Source: an uncultured bacterium
GTDB lineage: Bacteria; Acidobacteriota; Polarisedimenticolia; CBDVAL01
NCBI GenBank assembly: GCA_965371955.1
Contig: CBDVAL010000003.1
Location: 1-40,546, forward strand
DNA length: 40,546 nt
Direction of reading: 5' to 3'
The translations under genes and the position numbers were made by a program. Positions 17,112 through 26,060 of the stretch are shown one piece after another (position 1 is the first letter of the stretch; every line of letters begins with the position of its first letter). Under the pieces are notes generated by a model. That model was given only the letters and a program-made list of their open reading frames with translations. It was not told where the DNA came from and did not search any database.

Positions 17112-19247
17112 CTAGCTGTGCACGCCGGCCAGGTCGAGCACGAAGGCGTAGACGAGCGCCGTGGTCTTGTAGCGCTTGAAGCGGCCGGTGGTGCCACCGT
17201 GGCCGGCCTCCATCTCGGTGTGCAGCAGCAGCCGGTTGTGGTCGGTCTTCATCGCCCGCAGCCTGGCCACCCACTTGGCCGGCTCCCAGTACTGCACCTG
17301 GGAGTCTTGAAGCCCGGTGGTGACCAGTAGGTTCGAGTAGTCCTTGGCTTCGACGTTGTCATACGGCGAATAGGACAGCATGTAGTCGTAGTAGTCCTTC
17401 TCGTTCGGGTTGCCCCACTCGTCGTACTCGCTGGTGGTCAGCGGGATCGAGTCGTCGAGCATCGTCGTCACGACATCGACAAACGGCACCGCCGCGACCA
17501 CGCCTTTCCAGAGATCCGGCCGCATGTTGATCACCGCCCCCATGAGAAGGCCGCCGGCGCTTCCGCCATAGGCGAACACCTGCTCCGGGTCCGCGTATTT
17601 CTCGGCAATCAGGTACTCGGCTGCGTCGATGAAGTCGGTGAACGTGTTCTTCTTGTGGAGCAGCTTGCCGTCCTCGTACCATGCGCGCCCCAGTGTCTCG
17701 CTGCCCCGGATATGAGCGATGGCGAAGGTGAAGCCGCGGTCGATCAAGCTCAACCGGTCCGCGCGGAACGAGGCGTCGATGGTGTATCCGTACGAGCCAT
17801 AGCCGTAGAGCAGCAGCGGCCGAGTTCCATCCTTCCGGAGGCCCTTGCGATAGACGAGGGAGACCGGCACGCGCTTGCCGTCACGCGCGGGGGCCCACAG
17901 CCGCTCGGTGACGTAGTCGTCCTGATGGAAACCGCCCAGGATCTCGTCCTGCTTCTTCAGCGTTTTCTCACGGCTGTTCATGTCATAGTCAAAGACCGAA
18001 CTCGGGGTGGTCATGGACGTATAGGTGTAGCGCAGCATCGTCGTATCGAAGCTCGGGTTGGTGCTGATGTAGGCCAAGTAGGCCGGCTCGCCGAAGTCGA
18101 TGTAGTGCTCGCCCTCGCCTGTCCAGGGGCGCACGCGCAAGCCGATGAGCCCGTCCTTGCGCTCCGCCAGCACCAGGTGGTCCTGGAAGATCTCGAAGCC
18201 CTCGAGCAGCACGTCCTCCCGGTGCGGGATCACATCGGTCCAGTTCTTCTTGTCCCGCGGCGTGGCCACCGGTGCCTTCATCAGGCGGAAGTTCTTGGCC
18301 TGCCAGTTGGTCTTGATGAAGAAATGATCGCCGTAGTGGTCGACGCTGTACTCGTGATCATCCTCACGCTTCAGGACAAGCCGGAATCTGCCGCCTGGAT
18401 CGGCAGCCTCGAGAAAGCGGTACTCGCTGCTCAACGTCTGTGACGAGCCGATCATGATGAACTTCTTGGATTTGGTCTTGAAGACGAAGACCGAGAACTC
18501 CTCATCCTTCTCCTCGTAGACCAGCACGTCGTCGGACGGATTGGTGCCCAGGATGTGCCGCCATGCCTGATACCGGCGCAGGGTATCCGGGTGCTGCTTG
18601 GTGTAGAACAGGGTCCTGTTGTCCTCCGCCCAGGCCATGTTGCCGGTGACATCGGTGATGGTATCGGGCAGGTCCTCACCGCTGATCAGGTTGCGGAAGT
18701 GAACCGTGTACTTGCGCCTTCCGATGGTATCCACGGCGTACGCCACGATGTCCTGTCCGGAGCTTACATCCGTTCCTCGCACCGAGTAGTACTCGTGCCC
18801 TTCCGCCATTTTGTTCACGTCGAGCATGATCTCCTCGGCAGCATCGAGGGATCCCCTCTTGCGGCAGTAAAGGGGGTACTCCCCGCCCTTCACATGGCGC
18901 GTGTAATAGAAGTAGTCATCGTAGCGGTAGGGGACCGACTCGTCGTCCTTCTTGATCCGCCCCACCATCTCGTCGAACAGATCCTGCTGGAATTGTTCGG
19001 TGTGCCCCATGGCTTTTTCAAGATAGGCGTTCTCGGCCTCGAGATAGCTCACGACCTCCGGGTTCTCACGCTCCTTCAGCCAGTAATAGTCGTCCACGCG
19101 CATGTGCCCATGGATCTCGAGCTCCTCGGGTGCAACCTCAGCGACGGGCGCGGGCAACGTCGACAGGTCCACCGGCGTTGGCGACGACTGGCACCCGGCC
19201 AGGAGCAGGAACCATCCCATCGAAGAAACCCTGGTCAGCAGTCGCAT
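17112..19247 (-). CDS. ptrB: Oligopeptidase B (peptidase S9A), lipoprotein
   Basis: DDYYWL, LLYGYGSYG, catalytic GGSAGG, EYDEWGNP, DSQVQYWEPAKWVA, AGHGG; lipobox LLAGC. Confidence 0.93.
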   Translation of the reverse strand: MRLLTRVSSMGWFLLLAGCQSSPTPVDLSTLPAPVAEVAPEELEIHGHMRVDDYYWLKERENPEVVSYLEAENAYLEKAMGHTEQFQQDLFDEMVGRIKKDDESVPYRYDDYFYYTRHVKGGEYPLYCRKRGSLDAAEEIMLDVNKMAEGHEYYSVRGTDVSSGQDIVAYAVDTIGRRKYTVHFRNLISGEDLPDTITDVTGNMAWAEDNRTLFYTKQHPDTLRRYQAWRHILGTNPSDDVLVYEEKDEEFSVFVFKTKSKKFIMIGSSQTLSSEYRFLEAADPGGRFRLVLKREDDHEYSVDHYGDHFFIKTNWQAKNFRLMKAPVATPRDKKNWTDVIPHREDVLLEGFEIFQDHLVLAERKDGLIGLRVRPWTGEGEHYIDFGEPAYLAYISTNPSFDTTMLRYTYTSMTTPSSVFDYDMNSREKTLKKQDEILGGFHQDDYVTERLWAPARDGKRVPVSLVYRKGLRKDGTRPLLLYGYGSYGYTIDASFRADRLSLIDRGFTFAIAHIRGSETLGRAWYEDGKLLHKKNTFTDFIDAAEYLIAEKYADPEQVFAYGGSAGGLLMGAVINMRPDLWKGVVAAVPFVDVVTTMLDDSIPLTTSEYDEWGNPNEKDYYDYMLSYSPYDNVEAKDYSNLLVTTGLQDSQVQYWEPAKWVARLRAMKTDHNRLLLHTEMEAGHGGTTGRFKRYKTTALVYAFVLDLAGVHS

Positions 19248-19456
19248 CTCGCACCTCCCGAATAGCCTCAGATGCGACTACCGTAACAAAAAACCGCGGC
19301 ATAATCGAACAACTCGACCGCCCCTCCTCAGGAGCCGACAACTATTCTTGCCGGGTAAATGTCCCATGGTCAACGGTTTGCCGTCGGTGACCACGTACAA
19401 TGCCGAAACGTGTCAAACTGAAGGGCTCCGCGTACGATGGAGGGGAGGTGGGACCC

Positions 19457-19867
19457 ATGAGACCGGAGATGTCCGAGAAGATCCTGACCTGGTTGTTGCG
19501 TGTGAATGGGTTCCTGGCCTGCCTGGCCGTCATCGCGGTGGTGATGCCGACGTCCTGGATGGATGCCGGCTCTCGTGCGGTGGGCCTCGGCCCGTTCCCG
19601 GACACGGCGCTGACGCAGTACATGGTGCGCTCGCTGTCCGCCATCTACGCCTTGCTCGGCGCCCTGGTGCTCTACATCGCCGCCGATGTGCGCAAGAACC
19701 GCGATCTCATCATTGCCGTGGGATGGTTGACCATTGTTCTGGGGGCGGCGCTCACCGCCATCGACTTCCTGGTGGGGATGCCCACGAGCTGGACATTGGG
19801 GGAGGGCCCGCCTACCGTCCTGGTGGGCGCGGGGTTCATCTACCTGGCGCGCAGGATGAGGCGCTGA
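19457..19867 (+). CDS. Small 4-TM hypothetical membrane protein
   Basis: Start assigned to ATG 19457 behind GGAGGTG; hydrophobic helices; YMVRSLSAIYA. Confidence 0.7.
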   Translation: MRPEMSEKILTWLLRVNGFLACLAVIAVVMPTSWMDAGSRAVGLGPFPDTALTQYMVRSLSAIYALLGALVLYIAADVRKNRDLIIAVGWLTIVLGAALTAIDFLVGMPTSWTLGEGPPTVLVGAGFIYLARRMRR

Positions 19868-19916
19868 ACACCGGGCGCCGTTCCCAAGCGCAACTCCCGG
19901 CCGACGGGAACGTGAG

Positions 19917-20582
19917 CTACGCTCCCTTGCCGGCGGTCCCCGAACCGGAAGCGGCCCGGATCTGCAAGCGGCTGACGATCCAGAAGAGACCTGCCATGGC
20001 CAGGACGGCGATGAAGATCAGAACCGGGCTGTCGAGACGCGCCGCCGTCGCACCGGCGACACTGTAGAGGGTCGCCGCACTCAGCGACCCGACGAGGGTC
20101 GCCGACATCATCGGGCCCCAGCGCATCGACGACGTGCCCGCCAGGATCGAGGTCACCTCCGCCAGTATGGGGAGGGGGCGCGTGAGCACGATGGCCAGCC
20201 CGCCCCAGCGCTCCAGCAGAGCCGTTGCGCGCCGGCGCTCCGACGGCGACATGATGCGATCCAGGAGCGGTCCGCCCCAACGCCCGAGAAGAAAGCCACC
20301 GACACCGGCTCCCACGCTGCCAACCAGCGAGAGCAAGGTACCCGCGATGGGCCCGAACTGGGCCCCGTTGGCCATCATCACCAGGCTGGCGGGTACGGGG
20401 AGCACGACATCGACGATGAGCAGCCCCACCCCGAGGAGAGCAGCAAACGTCCCGCCGCGCTCCATCAGGGCATCGGGTCTGGTGAGCAGAGGGAAACCGA
20501 GAGCCTGGACGAGCCAGAAGGCCGTCAGGAGGATGACCACGAGGCTCAGGACCAACCATCCGTACGTCTTCAGGGCTTCCAT
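19917..20582 (-). CDS. DedA/VTT (SNARE-associated) family membrane protein
   Basis: LLIVDVVLPVPASLVMMANGAQFG, GFLLGR, IVLTRPLPILAE. Start assigned to ATG 20582 because a promoter lies at 20627-20655. Confidence 0.88.
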   Translation of the reverse strand: MEALKTYGWLVLSLVVILLTAFWLVQALGFPLLTRPDALMERGGTFAALLGVGLLIVDVVLPVPASLVMMANGAQFGPIAGTLLSLVGSVGAGVGGFLLGRWGGPLLDRIMSPSERRRATALLERWGGLAIVLTRPLPILAEVTSILAGTSSMRWGPMMSATLVGSLSAATLYSVAGATAARLDSPVLIFIAVLAMAGLFWIVSRLQIRAASGSGTAGKGA

Positions 20583-20626
20583 GATCGAGATCCGTGCCCA
20601 TTCTTCCTTTGGCCGAGTGATGCCTC

Positions 20627-20655
20627 TGTATACCCGGATCAAAGTGCCTTGTCAA
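20627..20655 (-). promoter_or_regulatory. sigma70-type promoter for the DedA/VTT gene
   Basis: Minus strand TTGACA(20655-20650)-N17-TATACA(20632-20627). Confidence 0.65.
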
Positions 20656-20675
20656 GACGAAGCCCCATGCCGCTA

Positions 20676-20704
20676 TTGACCAAGCCCTGTTCATGGAATA
20701 GACT
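20676..20704 (+). promoter_or_regulatory. sigma70-type promoter for eboABF
   Basis: TTGACC(20676-20681)-N17-TAGACT(20699-20704). Confidence 0.6.
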
Positions 20705-20764
20705 TTGGAACAAGTTTCATCCTGAAAATGAGCAGTCCGTTGCCGAGCCTCGACGGGGCCTTCG

Positions 20765-21646
20765 ATGAGAGACTTCCTTCTTGACGTCCTGGAGCACCGT
20801 GTCGCGCCCGAGGCCCGGGCGTGGCTCGAGCAGGCCGTTGCGGCCACTGCGCCGCCGGTGGACCCGGAACGGCTGAGCGGTTGCTATGCTCAGGCGTCGC
20901 GGCGCGTCGGGAAGGAGGCCCTGAGCCTCGATGACCACGAGCGCAAGAAGCTTCTGCAGCTCAACCCGCTGATCTCCCTGGACGGTTGGGGCGCCGATGA
21001 GGTGGCGCGCGCCGGCCTGCTGCTGTCGCTGTCGGGATTACCACCGGATGAGCACCGCGCTGTGGTCCTCCGGTGCTACGAGCACGGAGACAGCCGCGAG
21101 CAGGCGAGCTGGCTCCGGAGCCTCTCCCTGCTTCCGGGGTGTGAGCGGTTCCTGGATATTGCCACCGACGCATGCAGGACGAACATACAGCCCTTGTTCG
21201 AGGCCATCGCCTGCGAGAATCCCTACCCCGCACGGTACTTCCCGCAGCTCAACATCAACCAGATGGTGCTGAAGAGTCTCTTCAGCGGCATCGCGCTGTC
21301 GCGGATCATCCAGCTGGAGACGCGCCTCAACCCGGAGCTGGCCACCATAGCGGACGATTACGTCAGCGAGAGGGAAGCTGCTGGACGGTCCGTGCCGTCG
21401 GACATCTGGCTTGTCCTGGCCCCGAAGATCGGATCGGACGGCCTGGCCCGGGTGCATGGCTACCTGGAGCACGACGATCCGGAGCATCGCTACTGGGCGG
21501 CGGTCGGGCTCGGCCTCAACGGGAGCTCCCTGAATCGTGAGGTGCTGCTGGCGGCCAGGAAGGCGGAGCGGGAGTCGAGGATCCTGCAGGCGATCAACAC
21601 CTCTCTGGATCAAATTCGCGTTGTAGACGAAGGAGTGCCGTCATGA
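20765..21646 (+). CDS. eboA: EboA domain protein with C-terminal HEAT-like extension
   Basis: W..DEVARA.LL, GDSREQ..WLRSLSLLP, DACRTN...FEAIACENPYP..YFP....NQMVLKSLF; directly upstream of the TatD-like eboB. Confidence 0.88.
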   Translation: MRDFLLDVLEHRVAPEARAWLEQAVAATAPPVDPERLSGCYAQASRRVGKEALSLDDHERKKLLQLNPLISLDGWGADEVARAGLLLSLSGLPPDEHRAVVLRCYEHGDSREQASWLRSLSLLPGCERFLDIATDACRTNIQPLFEAIACENPYPARYFPQLNINQMVLKSLFSGIALSRIIQLETRLNPELATIADDYVSEREAAGRSVPSDIWLVLAPKIGSDGLARVHGYLEHDDPEHRYWAAVGLGLNGSSLNREVLLAARKAERESRILQAINTSLDQIRVVDEGVPS

Positions 21647-22527
21647 AGATCTTCGATCCGCATATCCATATGACCTCCAGGACGACCGACGACTACGAGG
21701 CGATGGCCAGGGCAGGCGTCATGGCCGTGCTGGAGCCGGCCTTCTGGCTGGGTCAACCGCGGACCACGGTGGGCGCCTTCATCGACTACTTCAACAGCCT
21801 GCTCGGGTGGGAGCGGTTTCGTGCATCTCAGTTCGGGATCCGTCACTACTGCGCGATCTCGCTGAACCCCAAGGAGGCGAACAACCCCAAGTTGTCGGAT
21901 GAGGTGCTGGAGATTCTCCCCCGCTACCTCCAGAAGGATGGCGTTGTGGCGGTGGGTGAGGTCGGGTTCGACGACCAGACGGAGACCGAGGAGAAGTATT
22001 TCAGGCTCCAGATCGAGCTCGCGCTGGAGCACGACCTTCCGCTGCTGGTGCACACTCCCCATCGAGACAAGAAGAGAGGTACGCAGCGGTCCATCGAGAT
22101 CGCGCGCGAGATGGGTGTCCCGGAGGGGAAGGTGCTCATCGATCACAACAACGAGAATACCCTGCCGCTTGTCCTGGATAGCGGGTGCTGGGCGGGCCAC
22201 TCCATCTACCCGAACACCAAGATGAGCGAGACAAGGATGGCCGAGCTCGTGAAGGAATACGGCTCCGAACGAATCATCATCAACAGTGCCGCCGACTGGG
22301 GCATCAGTGACCCGCTCAAGGTGCCGAAGACCGTCCAGGCGATGCGCGAGGCGGGGATCCCGGAGCAGACGATCCAGACCCTCGTGTGGGACAATCCCGT
22401 CTCGTTCTTCGCCCAGAGCGGAAACCTGGAGATCGCCGACATCGAGGTGCGTCCCAACATCAACCAGACCGTCCTCCACGAAGGCAGCTCGGTGTTGCGC
22501 GGGCAGACGCCGGTCGTCGAGAGCTGA
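21643..22527 (+). CDS. eboB: EboB, TatD-family hydrolase
   Basis: FDPHIHMTSRTTDDYEAM, EPAFWLGQPRT, WERFRASQFGI, HTPHRDK, IYPNTKM, NSAADWGISDPLKVP. Confidence 0.92.
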   Translation: MKIFDPHIHMTSRTTDDYEAMARAGVMAVLEPAFWLGQPRTTVGAFIDYFNSLLGWERFRASQFGIRHYCAISLNPKEANNPKLSDEVLEILPRYLQKDGVVAVGEVGFDDQTETEEKYFRLQIELALEHDLPLLVHTPHRDKKRGTQRSIEIAREMGVPEGKVLIDHNNENTLPLVLDSGCWAGHSIYPNTKMSETRMAELVKEYGSERIIINSAADWGISDPLKVPKTVQAMREAGIPEQTIQTLVWDNPVSFFAQSGNLEIADIEVRPNINQTVLHEGSSVLRGQTPVVES

Positions 22528-22536
22528 CCCCCGAAC

Positions 22537-23910
22537 GTGCATCCGACCGCCGTCATCAACGTGGTCGGGCTGTCCCTCGATCTTCTTGGCGAGAACACCC
22601 CGCATCTCAACGCCCTGGCCGGCAAGGGCTCGCTGCACCGGCTCGAGCCGGTCATGCCTGCCGTGACCTGCACCGTCCAGTCGACGTTCCTGACCGGCGC
22701 TTCTCCTGCCGAGCACGGCATCGTCGGGAATGGATGGTACTTCCGCGACCTGGCCCAGGTCCTGTTCTGGCAGCAGTCGAACCGCCTCGTGGGCGGCGAA
22801 AACGTCTGGGAGGCCGCCCGCAGGGTGAAGCCCGGTTTCACCTGTGCCAAGCTCTTCTGGTGGTTCAACATGTACAGCAGCGCCGACCTCTCGGTGACGC
22901 CCCGGCCGATCTATCCCGCGGACGGGCGCAAGGTCCCGGAGATCTACACGAGCCCGGCGTCGCTGGGGGAGAGGCTGAAGGCGGAGCTGGGGGAGTTCCC
23001 GTTCTTCCAGTTCTGGGGTCCCGACGCGGGCCTGCGCTCGACGCTGTGGATCGCCGAGGCCGCCCGCAGGGTGTTCGACTGGCACGCGCCCGATCTCAAC
23101 CTCGTTTACCTGCCGCACCTCGATTACAACCTGCAGCGGCTGGGGCCCGATGACCCGGCGATCCGGGAGGACGTGCGGGCCCTCGACCGTGCCTGCGGCG
23201 AGTTGGTGGACTACTTCCTCGGGAAGGGGGTTCGCGTCCTGGTGCTGTCGGAGTACGGCATCACCCGGGTGGACGGCGCCGTGCATCTCAACAGGGTTCT
23301 GCGCGAGGCCGGGCTCCTGCGGGTGCGCTCCGAGCTGGGTCTCGAGGCCCTGGATGCGGGCGCCAGCGACGCGTTCGCCGTTGCGGATCATCAGGTGGCG
23401 CATGTGTACGTGCGCGACCCTCAGCGCATCCGGGAGGTCCGGGATCTGCTGCTCGCCGTGCCGGGCGTGGATGAAGTTCTGGACGCCGAGGGGAAGCGGG
23501 ACGCCGGCCTGGACCATCCCCGGTCCGGGGAACTGGTGGCGATCTCCGCCCCCGACAAGTGGTTCACCTATTACTACTGGATGGACGACCGGCGTGCGCC
23601 CGACTTCGCCCGTACCGTCGACATCCACCGCAAGCCGGGCTACGACCCGGTGGAGCTCTTCCTCGACCCGAAGATCCGGTTCCCTAGGCTCAAGCTGGGG
23701 TCGATCCTGCTACGAAGGAAGCTCGGCCTCCGCTGCTTGGTGGATCTCATCTCGCTGGATGCCTCGCTGGTGAAAGGCTCCCACGGTCGCCGTCCGGCCG
23801 ATTCCGGCAAGAGTCCCGTTCTTCTCAGCAGCGAGCGCCTTGCCGACCGGGACGATCCGATCCACGCGGCGGACGTCAAGAGCCTCATCCTCCAGCAATT
23901 GTTCGAATGA
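22537..23910 (+). CDS. eboF: EboF, alkaline phosphatase / nucleotide pyrophosphatase-phosphodiesterase family
   Basis: VINVVGL, PAVTCTVQST, HGIVGNGWYFR, YLPHLDYNLQR, DHQVAHVY, DIHRKPGYDPVELF, KGSHG. Confidence 0.92.
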   Translation: MHPTAVINVVGLSLDLLGENTPHLNALAGKGSLHRLEPVMPAVTCTVQSTFLTGASPAEHGIVGNGWYFRDLAQVLFWQQSNRLVGGENVWEAARRVKPGFTCAKLFWWFNMYSSADLSVTPRPIYPADGRKVPEIYTSPASLGERLKAELGEFPFFQFWGPDAGLRSTLWIAEAARRVFDWHAPDLNLVYLPHLDYNLQRLGPDDPAIREDVRALDRACGELVDYFLGKGVRVLVLSEYGITRVDGAVHLNRVLREAGLLRVRSELGLEALDAGASDAFAVADHQVAHVYVRDPQRIREVRDLLLAVPGVDEVLDAEGKRDAGLDHPRSGELVAISAPDKWFTYYYWMDDRRAPDFARTVDIHRKPGYDPVELFLDPKIRFPRLKLGSILLRRKLGLRCLVDLISLDASLVKGSHGRRPADSGKSPVLLSSERLADRDDPIHAADVKSLILQQLFE

Positions 23911-23931
23911 CGGCCTCCGGTCCGCAGGCCG
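23911..23931. terminator. Short hairpin between convergent eboF and eboC
   Basis: CGGCCT-N9-AGGCCG in a 27-nt gap; no U-tract. Confidence 0.3.
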
Positions 23932-23937
23932 GCCCGT

Positions 23938-24840
23938 TCAGGTCCCTGGGATGAAGCGCTGCAGCGACAGCGTCAGCAGGAAGCCAGCGACCGCCATCAG
24001 CGCCAGGCCCTCATGGCCGGGCACGCCGGCGATCAGCACGGCATCGAGTAAGGAGATACCGGCGATCAAGCGGACCACCGCCCCGGGGACGTTGCGTTTC
24101 CGCCGGCCGATCAGAAGGGACAGGGCCAGGCACACCCACGCGAGGAAGCCCGCGTACAACACCGCCCCGAGGTCGGCGCCCAGCAGCATCGGTGCTGCCC
24201 ACAGGAACGGCACGCCAAGTAGTACCAGCGGCCATAGATTCTGGACCCGGTTCAGGCTCTCCTGCCTCGCCGCGTACGTCAGCCCGATCACGTAGGCGAA
24301 GAGGAGCACTGCTCCCGCGATGAGCCTTGCCGGGAGCACGGGTGCGGCGACGATGCCGGCAAGGACGTAGATCATCGCGCGGCACGCTGCCATGACGGTG
24401 GGCGCGACGGGGTTCGCGTGGTGGTTGTAGTCGTAGTAGAAGATGAGAGCGGCGAGGACCACCCCTCCCACCGCGAGGCGGAGATCCGCCCGACCCGTCC
24501 GGATCATCGGGATGGCGAGGACCATCAGTCCCGCGCCCAGGAGTCCGAGGCCCATCACGAGCACACTGCGGGCCGACACCCGGCCGGAGGGGATCGGCCG
24601 CTCCGGTCGCTCCCGCCCGTCGCGCTCGTGATCGAACGCGTCGTTGAGGAACATCCCCGCCACGTAGAACAGCGAAATCGACACCAGCAGGCCGGCCAGA
24701 TCCGCGTTCCCGGGGAGCGCCCCGGCCAGAACGCACCCGGCGAGGCAGTTGGTCCAGACGGTCGGGAGGTTCGATACCCGCCCCAGCCTCAGCAGGGTCG
24801 GCCATCGCGGCGTCCTCTCCGCGACGGCGCCCCCGGTCAT
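23938..24840 (-). CDS. eboC: EboC-like UbiA family prenyltransferase
   Basis: 3' part of ORF 23938..25506; ATG 24840 overlaps the eboE stop. RVSNLPTV, GMFLNDAFD..RD..ERPERPIPSG; multiple TM segments. Confidence 0.88.
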   Translation of the reverse strand: MTGGAVAERTPRWPTLLRLGRVSNLPTVWTNCLAGCVLAGALPGNADLAGLLVSISLFYVAGMFLNDAFDHERDGRERPERPIPSGRVSARSVLVMGLGLLGAGLMVLAIPMIRTGRADLRLAVGGVVLAALIFYYDYNHHANPVAPTVMAACRAMIYVLAGIVAAPVLPARLIAGAVLLFAYVIGLTYAARQESLNRVQNLWPLVLLGVPFLWAAPMLLGADLGAVLYAGFLAWVCLALSLLIGRRKRNVPGAVVRLIAGISLLDAVLIAGVPGHEGLALMAVAGFLLTLSLQRFIPGT

Positions 24841-26060
24841 GACGCGATCCGGGTGCGGACCCAGTCCAGCTCCCGAGCGATGGAATCGGCCAGGTCCGTC
24901 ATCCGGTACTCGGGCGGCAGGATCTCCCAGGTGTAGGTCTCCACCTCCAGATGATGGGAGTGGGGCGCCCGGGGCAGGCACCGGAGGAGATCGGTCAAGT
25001 GATCCTGCGTTGTGGCGACGTCCCGGCCGTTCTCCAGGAAGATCGGCACGTGACAGTGGACGCGCCACTCCTTGCGGCAGCCGGGCTTGTCGCCCGACGT
25101 GTGGCTCTCCTCGGCGGCCAACCCGTCGGGAAGGTCGCGGTATCGCCTCAACCGGCCCTGCGACCTCTCCACCACCTGGTGGAGGTAGATGCTCTCCCGG
25201 AAGGGGGAGAGGGCTCGCGACGCGCGGCCATCTCCCTCCCGGAAGGCCAGCTTCAGCGCCGAGCTGATCTGGAACTTGCAGACCTTGATCCGCGCCGCCT
25301 CGAGCCTGGCCAGCGCGTCCGCCGGCTTCTCGAACTGGACCGCCAGGTGGCAAGCGTCGTAACAGACGCCGAGATGCCTCTCCATGGTCTCCGCCGCCTG
25401 CTCCCGGGAGATCCCCAGGCGGATCGCCAGATCGCCGATCCGCCGGGGCTGCCGCACCTGCTCGCGGAAGAACGTCACCGTGTCGTCGACGGTCTCCAGG
25501 TAGCACCAGGGCTCCGGCTCGAGAGCCAGCGTGATGGTCCGCCCGGTCTCAGCCCGCAGGCGGTGGAGTTCCGCCACGTGGAGGAGCAGGTTGTCGACGA
25601 TTCGCCCGAGATCCCCCGGGCTCGTCACGTCCGGCGCGAAGGCCAGCGGGACGGTGCTGACGCTCCCCTCCAGGCCCTCCTCGTCGGGTAGAAGCGAGGC
25701 GAGGATCCGGGCCAGGCGGTTGGTGTATTCCAGCCGGGACGGTTCCCTCCAGTCGGGGCGGTAGACCGACTCCTTGACCATCCGTCCGTGGAAGTTCCCG
25801 TAAGGGAAGCCGTTGATTGTGAATACGTAGGCGTCGTGAGAAGCGAGGAGGGCGCGGAAGGCGCTCAGTTTGTCCTCCTGTTCCAGCACCTGCGCTGCGC
25901 GCGCCGACAGCCGGAGGCCGACACCGAAGGGCCCGCTCCAGGACAGCTGCTCTCGAACCCTCGGAAGGTACTTTCCGAGGTCGTCCTTCACTTCCTCCCA
26001 GCTTTCCCCCGAGTGGATCGCCGTACAGTACGTGAGGTGGACGTTGTCGGAGATCTTCAT
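24837..26060 (-). CDS. eboE: EboE metabolite traffic protein (TIM-barrel, xylose-isomerase-like)
   Basis: LTYCTAIH.GESW, TINGFPYGNFH...VK..VYRPDW, LEPEP, GVCYDACH, YLHQV, WRVHCHVP, EVETYTW. Confidence 0.92.
   Translation of the reverse strand: MKISDNVHLTYCTAIHSGESWEEVKDDLGKYLPRVREQLSWSGPFGVGLRLSARAAQVLEQEDKLSAFRALLASHDAYVFTINGFPYGNFHGRMVKESVYRPDWREPSRLEYTNRLARILASLLPDEEGLEGSVSTVPLAFAPDVTSPGDLGRIVDNLLLHVAELHRLRAETGRTITLALEPEPWCYLETVDDTVTFFREQVRQPRRIGDLAIRLGISREQAAETMERHLGVCYDACHLAVQFEKPADALARLEAARIKVCKFQISSALKLAFREGDGRASRALSPFRESIYLHQVVERSQGRLRRYRDLPDGLAAEESHTSGDKPGCRKEWRVHCHVPIFLENGRDVATTQDHLTDLLRCLPRAPHSHHLEVETYTWEILPPEYRMTDLADSIARELDWVRTRIAS

Noticed and set aside
19367-19393. TGGTCA-N15-TGACCA inverted repeat between ptrB and the small membrane gene
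   Set aside because: Only 6-bp arms with no supporting promoter or regulator; may be chance.
20705-20720. TTGGAACAAGTTTCAT as a sigma54 promoter or LexA box before eboA
   Set aside because: Lacks the -12 GC at GG-N10 spacing and does not fit GAAC-N4-GTTC.
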